DNA of 64,000 nucleotides from Eledone cirrhosa (Eukaryota): positions 294,562,001-294,626,000 of the forward strand of contig OZ024743.1 in the NCBI GenBank assembly GCA_964016885.1. The letters run 5' to 3'. Of the stretch, positions 48,501 to 63,346 are shown one piece after another. Position 1 is the first letter of the stretch, and each line of letters opens with the position of its first letter. Position numbers and translations under genes: made by a program. The notes below the pieces were generated by a model, which searched no databases, was not told where the DNA came from, and saw nothing but the letters and a program-made list of their open reading frames with translations.

Positions 48501-48614
48501 TTCAGAATCTTTCCCCTCTACAGATTTAAAGATAATGCCACCCACACCCAGCGCATCAGCAAGGAATCTTACTTTATTAACAAATACGGACCCCATCTAA
48601 ACACTTCTCCCTAA
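45540..48614 (+). pseudogene. Near full-length Neptune-like PLE ORF (RT + GIY-YIG); stop at 47166 and a frameshift near 47710
   Basis: LLSKGLKFTP, IKEADKGSTVVLM, FYGIPKVHK, LRPIIAGP, TFDVVNIYSNIPH, QKSGTAMGT, WKRYLDDCF, YYKPTDSKQYL, CASENLIYVLTCSGCREKYIGQTKNSLRQRMTVH. The 5' ~800 bp is degenerate, so the start is uncertain. Confidence 0.93.
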
Positions 48615-49031
48615 GACGAACCCACAACACATACGCACGTCAACATACATACCTACATCAGCATACATCTCTACCCACATATAAACACAATGACATACGT
48701 AAACACACATGTTCTATGGTGCAACACAAATATACACAAATTTGCATACCTTTTGATGTCTATAGATATAAACGTGCCGACACACACACATACATAAACG
48801 CACACATGCATTGCACACTGATGGGTACATACATATTTGTACACAAGTATTCCAATACAGCAAGGCCTAATGGATTCCCCTTGCAGTACGTACAATCTGG
48901 ACACACTCACACACACACCTTGGTATTATGCCAATAATATATATCATTTCACACCTTTTATTATTAAGGTTCTTGATGTTCTATTGAGAGAATCGATTTT
49001 ACTGAAAATATCGAATAATGTACACCATTTC

Positions 49032-49790
49032 ACCAGTATCACAAAAAAAAATCTAGTTCAACTGAATTGGTCTGTCCCAGTCATTCATTGAGCAACATCG
49101 GTGAAGTTGGCACCCTTAACTCACAGTTGGGTGCGGATGCATTCATGTATATATGTGTGTGTCCGCATGTATCTGTGTGTTTCTAAATATATTGTTAATA
49201 ACTCCCTCTGGTCGAGCAATCTTTGAAGTGTGGGGACAGCTGGAAAGCTTCCATTACTCATACTTCTCGCCTTCTTCACCACCTCTTCTACGGCCTCGAT
49301 ATAAATACCCCCTCCGCCTCCGTGGTATTTTCTTCGGGGTTATAAGAGGCTTAGCTCTGTTTCTCGACCGTTATATCGCGTGACTATCTCCCCCTCCGCC
49401 TTTTGGGATTCTTTCTCACGTCGTGTAGACGCGTTCTTGAGACTAGTAAAATGAGGTATCCTCTTGATAAGTCGGCAGACCTCGCAAGGACTCTATATCT
49501 TCATGATATATATTGTTTTTGTTTATGCCACGAAACTACGTAGTCGAGGAATTTAGGAGCAGTTTAGGTATGATACATTTTATTACTAATTATATCTAAA
49601 TGTTTCTTCTCTCTTCATAATGTATTTTTAACTCTGATACTGGTTCAGTCTAGTTCAACTGAATTGGTCTGTCCCAGTCATTCATTGAGCAACATCGGTG
49701 AAGTTGGCACCCTTAACTCACAGTTGGGTGCGGATGCATTCATGTATATATGTGTGTGTCCGCATGTATCTGTGTGTTTCTAAATATATT
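49032..49790 (+). mobile_element. ORF-less 597-bp hammerhead-bearing unit, ~1.25 tandem copies
   Basis: TCTAGTTCAACTGAATTGG recurs at 49052 and 49649. Short inverted head (ACCAGTATCA) and a TATAAATA box at ~49300. Confidence 0.85.
49459..49550 (+). ncRNA. Hammerhead with U3-A8 core variant
   Basis: TCCTC-TTGATAA-GTCGGCA...TGCCAC-GAAA-CTACGTAG-TC^GAGGA, with a GUC triplet. Confidence 0.78.
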
Positions 49791-49816
49791 ATATATATAT
49801 ATATGTATATTTATAC

Positions 49817-49867
<51 letters not shown>

Positions 49868-49890
49868 AATATATATATATATGTATATTT

Positions 49891-49937
<47 letters not shown>

Positions 49938-49938
49938 C

Positions 49939-50043
<105 letters not shown>

Positions 50044-50086
50044 ATAATAGGAGGCTGGACTGGTGTAAATCCTTGAAAGCTTTATT

Positions 50087-50144
50087 ATACTATGATCATT
50101 TCAATAACCGGGTTCCATATGAATCCGGTGATATCATCAGGTAT
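50087..50144 (-). ncRNA. Type I hammerhead in a PLE-type 3' fragment (~50040-50340)
   Basis: Minus strand: ATAC-CTGATGA-..ACCGGATTC-ATATG-GAACCCGGT..-GAAA-TGATCA-TA^GTAT. Confidence 0.78.
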
Positions 50145-50342
50145 TGGAATATAACAAAGGAATATGTAAAAAATCATGGGTCCGAAATATCAGACACATA
50201 GACCGAGAGAACGACTGACCAACTAGCTGCTTTCCCCTCCGCCAGTCGCCCTCAAAGTTGAGTACTCTCCACAATATTACACCAAGATTGACAATACGGA
50301 ATGACCAATTCTATCCAGTGGTGCACCAACAAACCTAAAGAA

Positions 50343-50378
<36 letters not shown>

Positions 50379-50743
50379 GAGTTATAAACTCAAATAATCT
50401 TTTACAATTAAATAGCTCAAAGAAAGGAATATTTCCGAGCCGTGTAATACAAATGAATATATGATAGGGATAAACACTGATACAAGTATGCTTGTATACT
50501 TGTATCAGTGTTTATCCCTATCATATCTTCATTTGTATATGTATATATATATATATATATTATTCAAAATATTATTAAATGAAAAATATTCTGATAACCA
50601 AAATATATATATTTTATTATACATATTTCAAAGGTACAATGAGATATTGGACATGCGACATACCACTAAGGTTTTGATTATTCAATTCCTGTACAGGAAT
50701 TGAATAATCAAAACTTTAGCGGTATGATGCATATCCAATCACA

Positions 50744-50810
50744 TATATTTTATCTGATGAAAACGTACTGAATCATCATTGTACCTTTGAAATATATATA
50801 ATAAAATATA
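50744..50810 (+). ncRNA. Type I hammerhead inside a fold-back element (~50561-50855)
   Basis: TATATTTTAT-CTGATGA-..GTAC..GTAC..-GAAA-TATATA-TA^ATAAAATATA. Confidence 0.72.
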
Positions 50811-50958
50811 TATTTTGGTTATGAGAATATTTTTCATTTATTAATATTATGAATACTCCAGAAAAATAACTCGATATGCAAATTGGGCTACTCAGCTGTT
50901 AATATGCATAAGGAATGTATGTACTTTCGGACGTTCAACTATCTGGCAGGAAGGTATA

Positions 50959-50999
50959 CGTTGCTGACGATAGCCAACAAGCTTGAAACTAGTACATCG
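50959..50999 (+). ncRNA. Minimal hammerhead (diverged 450-bp family)
   Basis: CGTTG-CTGACGA-TAGCCAACAAGCTT-GAAA-CTAG-TA^CATCG. Confidence 0.65.
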
Positions 51000-51342
51000 T
51001 TCCTTTGTCAGTGTTGAACAAACGAGCAACGGTGGTTGCTAGACACTACGGCTTAATACGGGATGTTTGTTTACAAACACACCGAGCATTATAATAAATG
51101 TTTGGTGGGGCCATGCGTACATGTATATATGTGTGCATGTATGTATGTATATATACATACTACTGTACGCCTGTATAAATATATGTATGTACGGATACCT
51201 ACTTATATATATATTAAAATATATTTATTAAAATATATATTATTAAAATATATATTTATTAAAATAACAGATTAAAGTTTAAGCAAAGAATCACTGCTTT
51301 CACCATTATCGAGCCCTCTTTAGATTTTTGTCTTCGAATTTA

Positions 51343-51408
<66 letters not shown>

Positions 51409-52565
51409 TATTAATTGTATAAAGCGGTGTATCTATATGAAGATATATGTCATTTTACGCCTATATGTATATACATTTATGCATTCGTCGACCTATTTCG
51501 GTACAGAAGCAGTTATAAAATATTCCATTTTATTTAATTATGACATTCACAGATAGGTAGTTAATCATTTGTAGAGATGGGTCTTTGTAAACATAGAATC
51601 AATTCAACAGTTTATTCTGAGATCATATTCTGTTGATGTACATATTAACCTTTATCCTTTCGGTGTGACTAAAACAAACTAATAGTCAGTGGTAGACCTT
51701 TAGCAGAAATGCTCGAGAGTCGGACATGATGGCTTACGGTATGTGTTTCAGATCATTGCATTCTGAATTCAAATTCTGTCACTCGTTTTAGTACCACCAC
51801 TTCTATATCTCTAGTATTTAGACATTGTCTACAGTTGAAGGATACCACATTCCCTTCCTGTTCACTGGGAGTTTCTGAAATGTATCACAGGCATTGCACT
51901 TTCCTTCTTCACTAAAGAGGAAAATAATTCGGCACTCCGTAACATATTTTGTTGAAAGCTACCTTGAAGTATTTTAATTAATTCAGAGTATAAAATTCGG
52001 CTTTATTTATAATTAAGCAAAATACACTTAGAATTATATGTACTGAATTGCTCAACTCAACAGCATACCATAGCACAAGATACAATTTTATCTTTCGATT
52101 AACAACGAACACAGGGCAGAAAGTGTACATACGAACAACCGAACGATTGGATGATCTAAATAATGATAAATAGCTGAACATAATGTGCAACAAATGTAGC
52201 CGTGCATGAAAATAAAAGATAAAATATGTTGTTAAGCGGTCATTGAATTTAGGTAAAAAGCTTTATATCAGACAAAACCTAACTTAACTGCTGGACGGCT
52301 GTTTTAAGAAAGACCAAAAAAGTGTAGTATTTAGTAGTGGGGAGGTTTGGGATAAAGTATGAAATCGAGAGAAAAAATGTAGAAAAAATGGAATGGAAAA
52401 TATATAGAAGGAATGCAGAGAGAAAGGGGTAATAGAGAGGGAGGGAGAGAGGGGGCACATAGAGAGAGGGAGAGAAATAGAGAGAGAAAGATGTCTCAGG
52501 TAGATGATAGTGACTTGATTAATGGTTTATATGTGCATCAAGTGAGCTGCGTCGGCTAGATTCAA

Positions 52566-52622
<57 letters not shown>

Positions 52623-53791
52623 AATACAGAATGTGTAACCGAAACGGAACCAACGTGTATAAATATATACTCATATATCAAGTAAACATGCCAGAAAATA
52701 TGAATTTCCCAGTAATTTGAAAAAAATGATAAACCTCTTTAATCAATTTTCGAATCTTTTTGGACCCGCATCAGAAGTCGTGTGTATCATACATTCAACC
52801 ACAAGGAAACATGTATTGGATGGATATGTATACCCATTCGCGCTAACGTTATTCTGAAATGGACATACGTATTTCTTTAGAATTAGGCGATAAAGGACAA
52901 AGAGTTTTTACAAGTTTCTAATATTCTACTTTGAAGAATACCTCCATGGAATCCCGGACCAAAGATCACCTACCAAATAGCTACAGTACAAATGAGGAAG
53001 GTAATCAACTGATAAGAAATGTAGACTGTGCAAAACTATTACCGAATGTGATAGCCAAATTGTTGCCAATTGAGAACAAATATCTTCTTTTTTTATACAT
53101 CAGACATGATGTGGTAGGCAGAACACTCCGGATTACACTACGGAAGAAGAAAATGACAACAAATAGCAATACATACATTGAAACTAATTACCCAAAGTAA
53201 ATTTATGGGAACTTAAAAATAAAACTCGCTAGCAAATTAAAACACAACCGGCCTGTTATTGATGATTGGGGCCAGATATTGAATTAAGGTATTCTTGTAT
53301 AATTAAGGTATTCTTGTATAATTCGATATTAATGCAGTAAGAAAATACAAAACAAGAAGGATATCTACGTAAGTTGAACTTTGGAGATCCAGTACCCAAA
53401 ATACGTGAAGATTTTCATATTTATTATTGTTATTGCAGCTACAAGTTATATACTAACCCACTTGAACAAACATATGACAGAAAGCAAAATTCTTAAAAGG
53501 AAAAACGCATTTCTTTCATTCATATGCTACGAATGGAAGGGATATCTTGAATCATCAAAATCTGTAAAAGAAAAAAAATCTTCTCTTTGTAACTCTGCCA
53601 CCGGGAGAGCTCAATATAAGTTCAAAATACAGATACAAACTACAACACATACATCACACTGTCTGGTATGGGAATGTACATTTCTGACTTTGCAAAATCA
53701 TTTCTACGATTGGTGTTGATAGAGACAGAGGTATAAATAAACAGGAATGTTCTACAAGGCTGTTATGCATATACATACTCACATACACACA

Positions 53792-53839
<48 letters not shown>

Positions 53840-53853
53840 TACATACACACATG

Positions 53854-53902
<49 letters not shown>

Positions 53903-53958
53903 CTGTGTGTATGTGTGTGTGTGTGTGTATACATATATACATATATATACATATATAC

Positions 53959-54040
<82 letters not shown>

Positions 54041-56439
54041 AAATATACTTCGAAAAATATAGTTATGCGCTTCATTTCTATTTCTGAAATATATATATTG
54101 TAGTCTGACAAAATATATCTATTCTGCTTTTCTATATATATGTGTAGGTATATGTTGTTTTGTGTATAAATGTTGTTGTATGTTGTTTTCCACTTATAAA
54201 TCATGATACCTCGTAAATTAGCATCAGGTCAGTAAGCTTCAAACTTAACATAGAATATACAAACTGATAGCCACTTTTTTATTTAGACATACTAACTGTC
54301 TTATCCTAGCGAAATTGATTTCAACTATATATTTTCAAACGTCATTTACGATATAGATAATCAAACAATACATTTATCTCAACATCATGCATGTATGCAC
54401 ATATAACACACATCAACGCACACACATACACACACGCAAGTACAAACACACACTCACTGCACGTATACTATGAATGCGTACGTATGTGTGTGTGTGTGTG
54501 TGTGTGTGAGAGAGTTTGTGAGTGTTTGTGGCTTGAGTCTAATGTCCGAATTCAGTAAAAGAGCAAATGAATAATAGAATATACTGAGAACTCTAGTCAG
54601 ACTGTACCCCGTTTACCCAGGTTTCGTAGGATCCAAGCAAAATTAAAAGTGACTCGCAGTGCTGAATTCCTCGGTCATGTTTGAGTATTGACTTTGTAGA
54701 AACATATATTCTCTGTGTGCTAGTGGGCATTATACACGCACCAGTGATATAAAATCCATTGTTGGTATAAGTTCACAATAAAAATGATATGATATGTAAA
54801 GGGCTGTTGGTGGTCTGATTGCGTGTTGGAAATAAGGAAGTAAAGCGAACGATAATTCACCAGTTAAGATCATATTTCTCATTAGGTCTTTATTTCGCAC
54901 AACTTATATTTATTATCATTAGTGTTGTAGCTACTTGATGGGGAATATTTGGTGTTGGATTGATGGAGGTATCATTTAAAGTGGAATGTTACGAAGTTGT
55001 CGGAATTCCTTGTGAGACTTATATTGCTGTTAATCGCCTCTATGATTTACAGTTTTCATCTTATGTGTCTATTTACACCGTTCTTAGTGAACTTATCTAT
55101 ATTGTTATATTTGCTCTAGCATTGAGTAGAATCCTTCAATGTCTTGGGAGAAAGATCTATGTCAGAATTTATTTCACACTCCTCTTCTAGTTCAATGGCT
55201 TTCCTAATATCTTTATTTTCATGTTTGTCAACATACTAGAGATGATTGAAGACATTTCTCTCATGTTGAAGGTTTTGCTTCACTATCACTATCTAGGACT
55301 CGTACACTATTAGTAGAGGTTTTGCGACAGGCCTCCATTTGACATGGAACTATCCACATCTACGTTAATATTTCCATTAATGCTATGCACCATATAGGTG
55401 TTAAATATATCTTGATTCGCTCTTATTTGACTAGTTCAGCAGGACAAATGGTGTTAGGTTGAGATCATTAAAGATATTGTGCTCAACATATTTTATGTAG
55501 AGAGAGATTTCTCATGAAAATACAATCTTTATTTTCCTGAAATATATATTTCTGGTTCTGTTCGTATTGATGGGCCTATTATATCTGATATTATTTTCCT
55601 GTTCAAGACAATTGTAATAGTTAACTGACTCAAGTCGTATCGAAAAGCTTTTATTGTTTAAAAGCTCAAAGAAGGCCACGATTTATTTTACATTTTATCA
55701 TCAAAATTGCACATTTGGTATTACAAAATTTGATTTTAAACTCTCTTCTTAGACAAGGAGTTTCAATAGCTTTCTAATGAGTTTGAAATTTGACCCCTCG
55801 AGAACGAACAAGTGAGAGATACATCTCAGTCAATTTCCATGACGATTATATTCTGGAATCAAATAAGATATTGGGTTTAACGATAACACAAATAGCAGCA
55901 CCGGCATACTGTCTCCTTCGACGGTGCCCTTTTGGTAGTGTATGTTATCATATCAATTACTTTCTTATCATATTTAAGAATTATAGTAGTGTACCAAATG
56001 TTGGTCAGGAACGACCATACATATAAGGCTAGCCCGCGCAACAGAACACACATTTCTGTTATATATGCCACCGTATGTGGTTGCCAGAAGGGGAAAAGAG
56101 TACTCATTACCAAAGTAGAGTTTAGATAGACATTTATTATGGCCAAGTAGTGAGTCTTGTTACCCTGGAGTTTCACGTGCGCAGGTGAAACTCTATAGTA
56201 AGAAGACTGACTAACTAACCATAATATGTATAAACAAATATATATATATAACGAAGGAAGTGTGGTAAGGAACCAGATGGACCATAACGCACCTGAGTAC
56301 TCAATACTTAGGGTATTATAGTGGGTAATAGGAAAATGTTCAAGACCCCCCAGGGCAGAGCTCGAGCTGTTTCGATGGCTATTTCTGGACACACTGTGTC
56401 CAGAAATAGCCATTGAAACGGCTCGACCTCTCTCTATAT

Positions 56440-57210
56440 ATATGAATGTATATATATAGTATATTTGGCAATATACTGTATGCTTAAGTAAAAACATTTT
56501 GAAGACCTTGCGCTATTGTTTTGAAGTAGTGACTATGTCACTTTCTTCTTTTTTCAACAAACAAATGGAAATAAGCTGACAGATCTCTGTTTCATACTGT
56601 TGGTTATCATCAGAACTTAGCACTCCCTTAGTTTGTCGGAAATTATAAATGTTGGATTCTTATAGAATTCCAGTAATTATCAGGAACTGATTATACAGAG
56701 CGATTGCCGGTTCAGCAAAAATTGAAAATTAGAATTGGTGCTCTGAAATAGCGATGTATATATGAATGTATATACAGTGTATTTGGTAATACACTGTATG
56801 CTTAATTAAAAACATTTTGAAGACCTTGCGCTATTGTTTTAAAGTAGTGACTATGTCACTTACTTCTTTTTTCAACAATCAAAGGGAGATAAGCTAACAG
56901 ATCTCTGTTTCGTACTGTTGGTAATCGCTCTGTATAATCAGTTCCTGATTATTACTGGAATTCTATAAGAATCCAACATTTATAATTTTCAACAAACAAA
57001 GGGAGTGCTAAGATCTGATGATTACCAAATGTATGAAACAGTGATCTGTCAGCTTATCTCTCTTTGTTTGTTGAAAAAAGAAGTGACATAGTCACTACTT
57101 TAAAATGATAGCGCAAGGTCTTCAAAATGTTTTTAATTAAACATAGAGTATATTGCCAAATATAGTATATATACATTCATGTATACATCGCTATTTCAGA
57201 GCACTATTCT
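56440..57210. mobile_element. ORF-less ~318-bp hammerhead-bearing unit: tandem minus-strand copies plus an inverted copy
   Basis: TTTGG(C/T)AATA recurs at 56464 and 56782. 56925-57205 is inverted. Hammerheads lie at 56572-56619 (-) and 57009-57056 (+): CTGATGA...GAAA-CAG-NGAT-CTG-TC^AGCTTA. Confidence 0.82.
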
Positions 57211-57447
57211 AATATATATATATTATTGAGTAAAATGACAGAAGGCCGGAGAGGTTAAATTCCTTTAATTTTTTATTCCTGCAAACATCATATAAATTTC
57301 AGTGATTAGGTTACGTAGCATCCAGCTGACATCATCAGGTGTATATTGTATAATAGTTATATAATAAGAGAATAATGGTAAACACATTCTAAAAGTCTAT
57401 AAGGAGAAAAACCAGGCAGTTCTACCCAGTGGTGAACCACCAAACAT

Positions 57448-57492
<45 letters not shown>

Positions 57493-57493
57493 C

Positions 57494-58917
<1,424 letters not shown>

Positions 58918-58923
58918 TATACA

Positions 58924-59630
58924 TACAGGGAAGATTAATCATATTATAAGGTATCTATTTTTGAAGTTCTGGTTAACTTTATTTAGTTACCTACCTAGCT
59001 ATGTGTGCTTACACACTTGTAAACATTATCTCCTGTGATTATTCATGTTTATTTATATGTTAATCAATTTCTAGTTATTATAAAATGCTCGGACCTATTC
59101 GTTAGAATCTTAGAGCTTATTTTGCGGGTGATATGGCGCATGTCTTTCTGGCATGACACCCATAATTTTGATTATCTTAATTTTGGATATAGATATATAA
59201 ATACGGCTCCTTAATTGTAGAGCTAACTCTGTTGAAAGGATTTGACTACTGTTTCTAGTTGTCGATAACCCTATTCACGCCACTGTGACGAAGCTGGTAT
59301 GATGTGTGTATTTCTAGTAGATACAGCACGTGCTGCTGGCCAGTCGCTGATTTGAACTTTAAGTGAAAACATAGATCGCTGGACTTCTTCCTTGTTGAAA
59401 ATCCAAGTACCGGCCTCCATGGTTTACCATTCGATTAATTGGTGAAATATATTTCTTTAATAGAATATATACAGGGAAGATTAATCATATTATAAGGTAT
59501 CTATTTTTGAAGTTCTGGTTAACTTAATTTAGTTAACTACCTAGCTATGTGTGCTTACACACTTGTAAAAATTATCTCCTGTGATTATTCATGTTTATTT
59601 ATATGTTAATCAATTTCTTGTTATTATATA
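58924..59630 (+). repeat. 546-bp unit with a ~155-bp direct terminal redundancy (pLTR/retrozyme-like architecture)
   Basis: TACAGGGAAGATTAATC... recurs at 58924 and 59470. No clean hammerhead found. Confidence 0.7.
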
Positions 59631-59680
59631 AATATATATACATATATGTCTTCTAAATAACTAAATATATATATCCTATA

Positions 59681-60110
59681 TGTAGGAGGTGAGTTTTATT
59701 GTAGTACAATAAAGCAATGCAGATATCGGATAAGAAGCACTCTACAGTTTGTAGGACTGGAGTATATATAATATATAAGAACAAAAGATGGTTAAAAGAG
59801 TTCCATGTATTTTATTATGCGCATTTCAAAAACAAATATCATCATGCAATAATATTTGTGTTTTCATCAGATAAAACAGGAAGACATGATATGAAGGTTA
59901 AAAAACACTTGTGGATAGTGCAGTTTTAAATCAACATATGTTGATTTAAAACTGCACTATCCACAAATGTTTTTTAACCTTCATATCATGTCTTCCTGTT
60001 TTATCTGATGAAAACACAAATATTATTGCATGATGATATTTGTTTTTGAAATGCGCATAATAAAATACATGGAACTCTTTTAACCATCTTTTGTTCTTAT
60101 ATATTATATA
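59681..60110. mobile_element. Family B 3' end as a near-perfect spacerless palindrome with two hammerheads (59810-59876 -, 59999-60065 +)
   Basis: Symmetry centre CAACAT|ATGTTG at 59937/59938, with arms of ~170 bp. Confidence 0.92.
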
Positions 60111-60200
60111 TATCATATATATACATATATATATTTAGTTATTTAAAAGATATATATATGTATATATATATATAGGATTAGTTACACAACAGTTAGTTCA

Positions 60201-60250
60201 CCATACCGAGAACAATTTTTTCACCTTAACGGATCTTCAGCTCGTACTGG
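60201..60250 (-). ncRNA. Minimal hammerhead in a short fold-back element
   Basis: Minus strand: CGAG-CTGAAGA-TCC-GTTAA-GGT-GAAA-(A/C)AATTG-TT^CTCG. A partial inverted copy lies at 60258-60297. Confidence 0.68.
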
Positions 60251-60355
60251 TCATCTGCTAAGGTGAAACAATTGTTCTCGGTATGGTGAACTAACTACTT
60301 CTACCAAATTCGTCACATGGACTAAGTGCTGTACACTACGGATATTACCTCTCAG

Positions 60356-60419
<64 letters not shown>

Positions 60420-60573
60420 GGCTCTCTCTCTCTCTTTCTCTCTCCCTCTCTCTCTTTCCTTCTCTCTATATATATATAATCCTTATCGAAATCTCTTCGG
60501 ATTTTAGGCTTCACATTTATTATTACTATATATATATATATATATATATGTGCGCGCGTGTGTGTGTGTGTGT

Positions 60574-60655
<82 letters not shown>

Positions 60656-61659
60656 GTGTAAGGGTGCGCGTGTTCGTGTGTGTGTGTATGCATGTATAAA
60701 CTGTGTTTTACATTTCGGGTTCTTTCTGTTGTTTGAAATTTGAACGTATTATTGTTTGTCTGCATATATGTGAATGTGTGTGTTTGGGTGGGTGGCTTAA
60801 TATGATTGTTGGACATCAGTCAATTCCGACGATGACCTCTTCAGTTATATCACAAAATTGAAGTGCACGTCACTGAACATTCCATAGGCACGTGTATTCG
60901 TAAGATAATTTCCAGAGACATTCAGTGTAGAATGGTATGTGACAATGCTGGTCTTTCGAATAACAAATACGGCTCACTTGTTCCATCTGATTTAACCAGA
61001 GCAACGAGAATCATAATGTCTTGCTGTAGGACAAAATGCACCACCAAGAATTGAACTTACAACTTTCTGATCATTATACGAACAAACAACCACTAAGATA
61101 CTCGTCTTCATAAATATACGTATATTCTTACAATTACACAGACACACTCTTACGCACGCTCTCCACACACATATATGTATATATACTTTTGTCAATCTAT
61201 GGCATTATTCATTTCATCAACAGAAATGAAGCGAATAACTAGATCATTATTGGAAATTGTAAATTGCCAATATTTTGCGTCTATGAACATAAAATCTGTT
61301 TCTTTTGTTTTCCTAACCTTGTCTTTGCGTTTTGTTCATGTTTTCATGTCATATTGGTGAATTGCTTTTCATGCGGAACTTACGACCTGTCTTGCGCCTG
61401 CACTTGTTGATTATACTTTATTCTTCCATAGAATTTGCTACAACATATTTGTATGGAAGTGACACACTACTGCTGTTTTGAAATTTCTGCAAATAACAGT
61501 ATCTCTATTAGCATGTGTTAATAGGCTATCTGTTGATTTCCATAATCAAATAGAAAATGAAGCTTTGCATATTTTTTTTTCTGCATAATCAATGAAGATG
61601 TTCAGATTCCAGCAGAGGAACCCTAACTTGTAGTATTATAGAAATGTCTTGATAATTGT

Positions 61660-61820
61660 TGGGTAGTGAATTGGCAGAACCGATAGCGCATCGGGCACAT
61701 ATTTGTGGAATTTAGTTGTTAATTTTTAGGTTCTGCTTTCAAAATACCGCCAAGTCGACTTCGCTCTAATTCTTCAAGTGGTCAATGAAAGAAATAATAG
61801 TTAGGTAATGGGTTCGACAT
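61660..61820 (+). mobile_element. Old degenerate SINE copy (other fragments at ~51640-51785 + and ~38935-39050 -)
   Basis: GTGAATTGGCAGAACCGATAGCGCATCGGGCA...TTCAAAATACCGCCAAGTCGACTTCGC. Confidence 0.6.
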
Positions 61821-63190
61821 AATCCACGAATCAACTATACCAATTAATTAAATGTAAAGCTTTTTGCTTAATCTAGTAAGTAATTAATATCGCAATATAT
61901 TGTTGCAAGTGATATACAATAGATTGATCTTCTCTTGAACTAAGCTTAAGACGTATTTTCCAAATAAAATTCCCTATATTGTTCATGCATGTTGTTATTG
62001 TTGAAAGGTTAATAATAAAAAGCGGTTCCCAGCCCTTGGCCGCATAGGCAGCACCTGCTGCCTTTGAGCTAAGTACACCATGTCAATTATTTTGTTTAAA
62101 AAGTTATATGGCACCTATTTTTCTCTAAGTATAAACATTACTTTTTACGATCCTCATTTTCACCGATAACAATCAGGTAGGGGAATAATTGTAATGAAAT
62201 GTCTGTGAGAATAATTATTTAGATAAATTGAGGTAATAAAAAGTTTAGGGGCCATTAGTCTCAAGTTACAACTGGCACTACATTGTCAATAGTGTATTTT
62301 CCGTCTTTACATGGTCCAACATGTAATTTATCTATGATTGCAGTGTGTGAAGTTAACAGCGTTTAGACTGCTAACTCGAGCAAGGGAATGACTTCCTAGA
62401 GGCTCACTGTTCGACACGTAATCTGATTTCGTGGTCAATTGCCTGTAAAATTGTAATTTGCTTTAAGTGACTTTGCTCTCGACGTAAATCACGATTTCAA
62501 GATATTTGAATAAGAGAACAAATTATCTATTGACGCATAGATTTCAAATGCTACATTACATAATTTTGCAGTATCCTTTTGGTAGGTTAGATGTCCCACT
62601 TGCATTGTTAGTGTAGACGTTAATTTTATTGTTTTGTTCTTAGAGTTGTCATTAAAATATCTATTGTTGATGGCATTTTTTTGTTGTTTTGTTTTTTTTT
62701 GCTACTTATGACATTGCATGTTTATTTTGAGAAAACTAAACTCAAAAGGAAACAACAGTCTATTAAACTGACTGGTAAGATAAAAACGCCGGAAGGATAA
62801 AATATAAATACAACTAGATTTGAAACTATATCGTAAATCGTTGTTACTAAATATCAGAAGGCATTGTGTTCGTGATTCTAACAGTTCTGCTGATTGGTCA
62901 CCTTTAATAATAGCTTCATTATTCGATCGTTGAACAGTTCTGGCAAAGGCCGCTATTAATCACAATAAATAAAAGTATGTAACAATTATAAAAAGGTTTA
63001 AATTAGTTGAATGAAATTTATAAAAACGCTGGCGTGTTTATACAAAAAATAATAGTAAGAAAAATACTTTAAATGCGAGACAGTAGTTACAAATACTGAA
63101 AAAGCTAGACTCTAGGAACAATTTTTCCTAAGCGTAAAACTAATGAGACTTTGTGGTTTTACATCTCTGTGTTTGTGTTATATATTCTTG

Positions 63191-63291
<101 letters not shown>

Positions 63292-63346
63292 CAACCAGCA
63301 GTATTCTTCTCACCCATATTGTCATATATATATATATATATATATA

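Noticed and set aside
52931-55800. Short ORFs and possible ancient LINE or host exon fragments
   Set aside because: No recognisable motifs or coherent exon structure.
57276-57343. Minus-strand CTGATGA...GAAA motif
   Set aside because: Stems I and II pair poorly. It is probably a decayed hammerhead and is not called as a feature.
60810-61055. Possible Cys-rich transposon remnant (LVPSDLTRATRIIMSCCRTKCTTK)
   Set aside because: Too short and degenerate to assign without a profile search.
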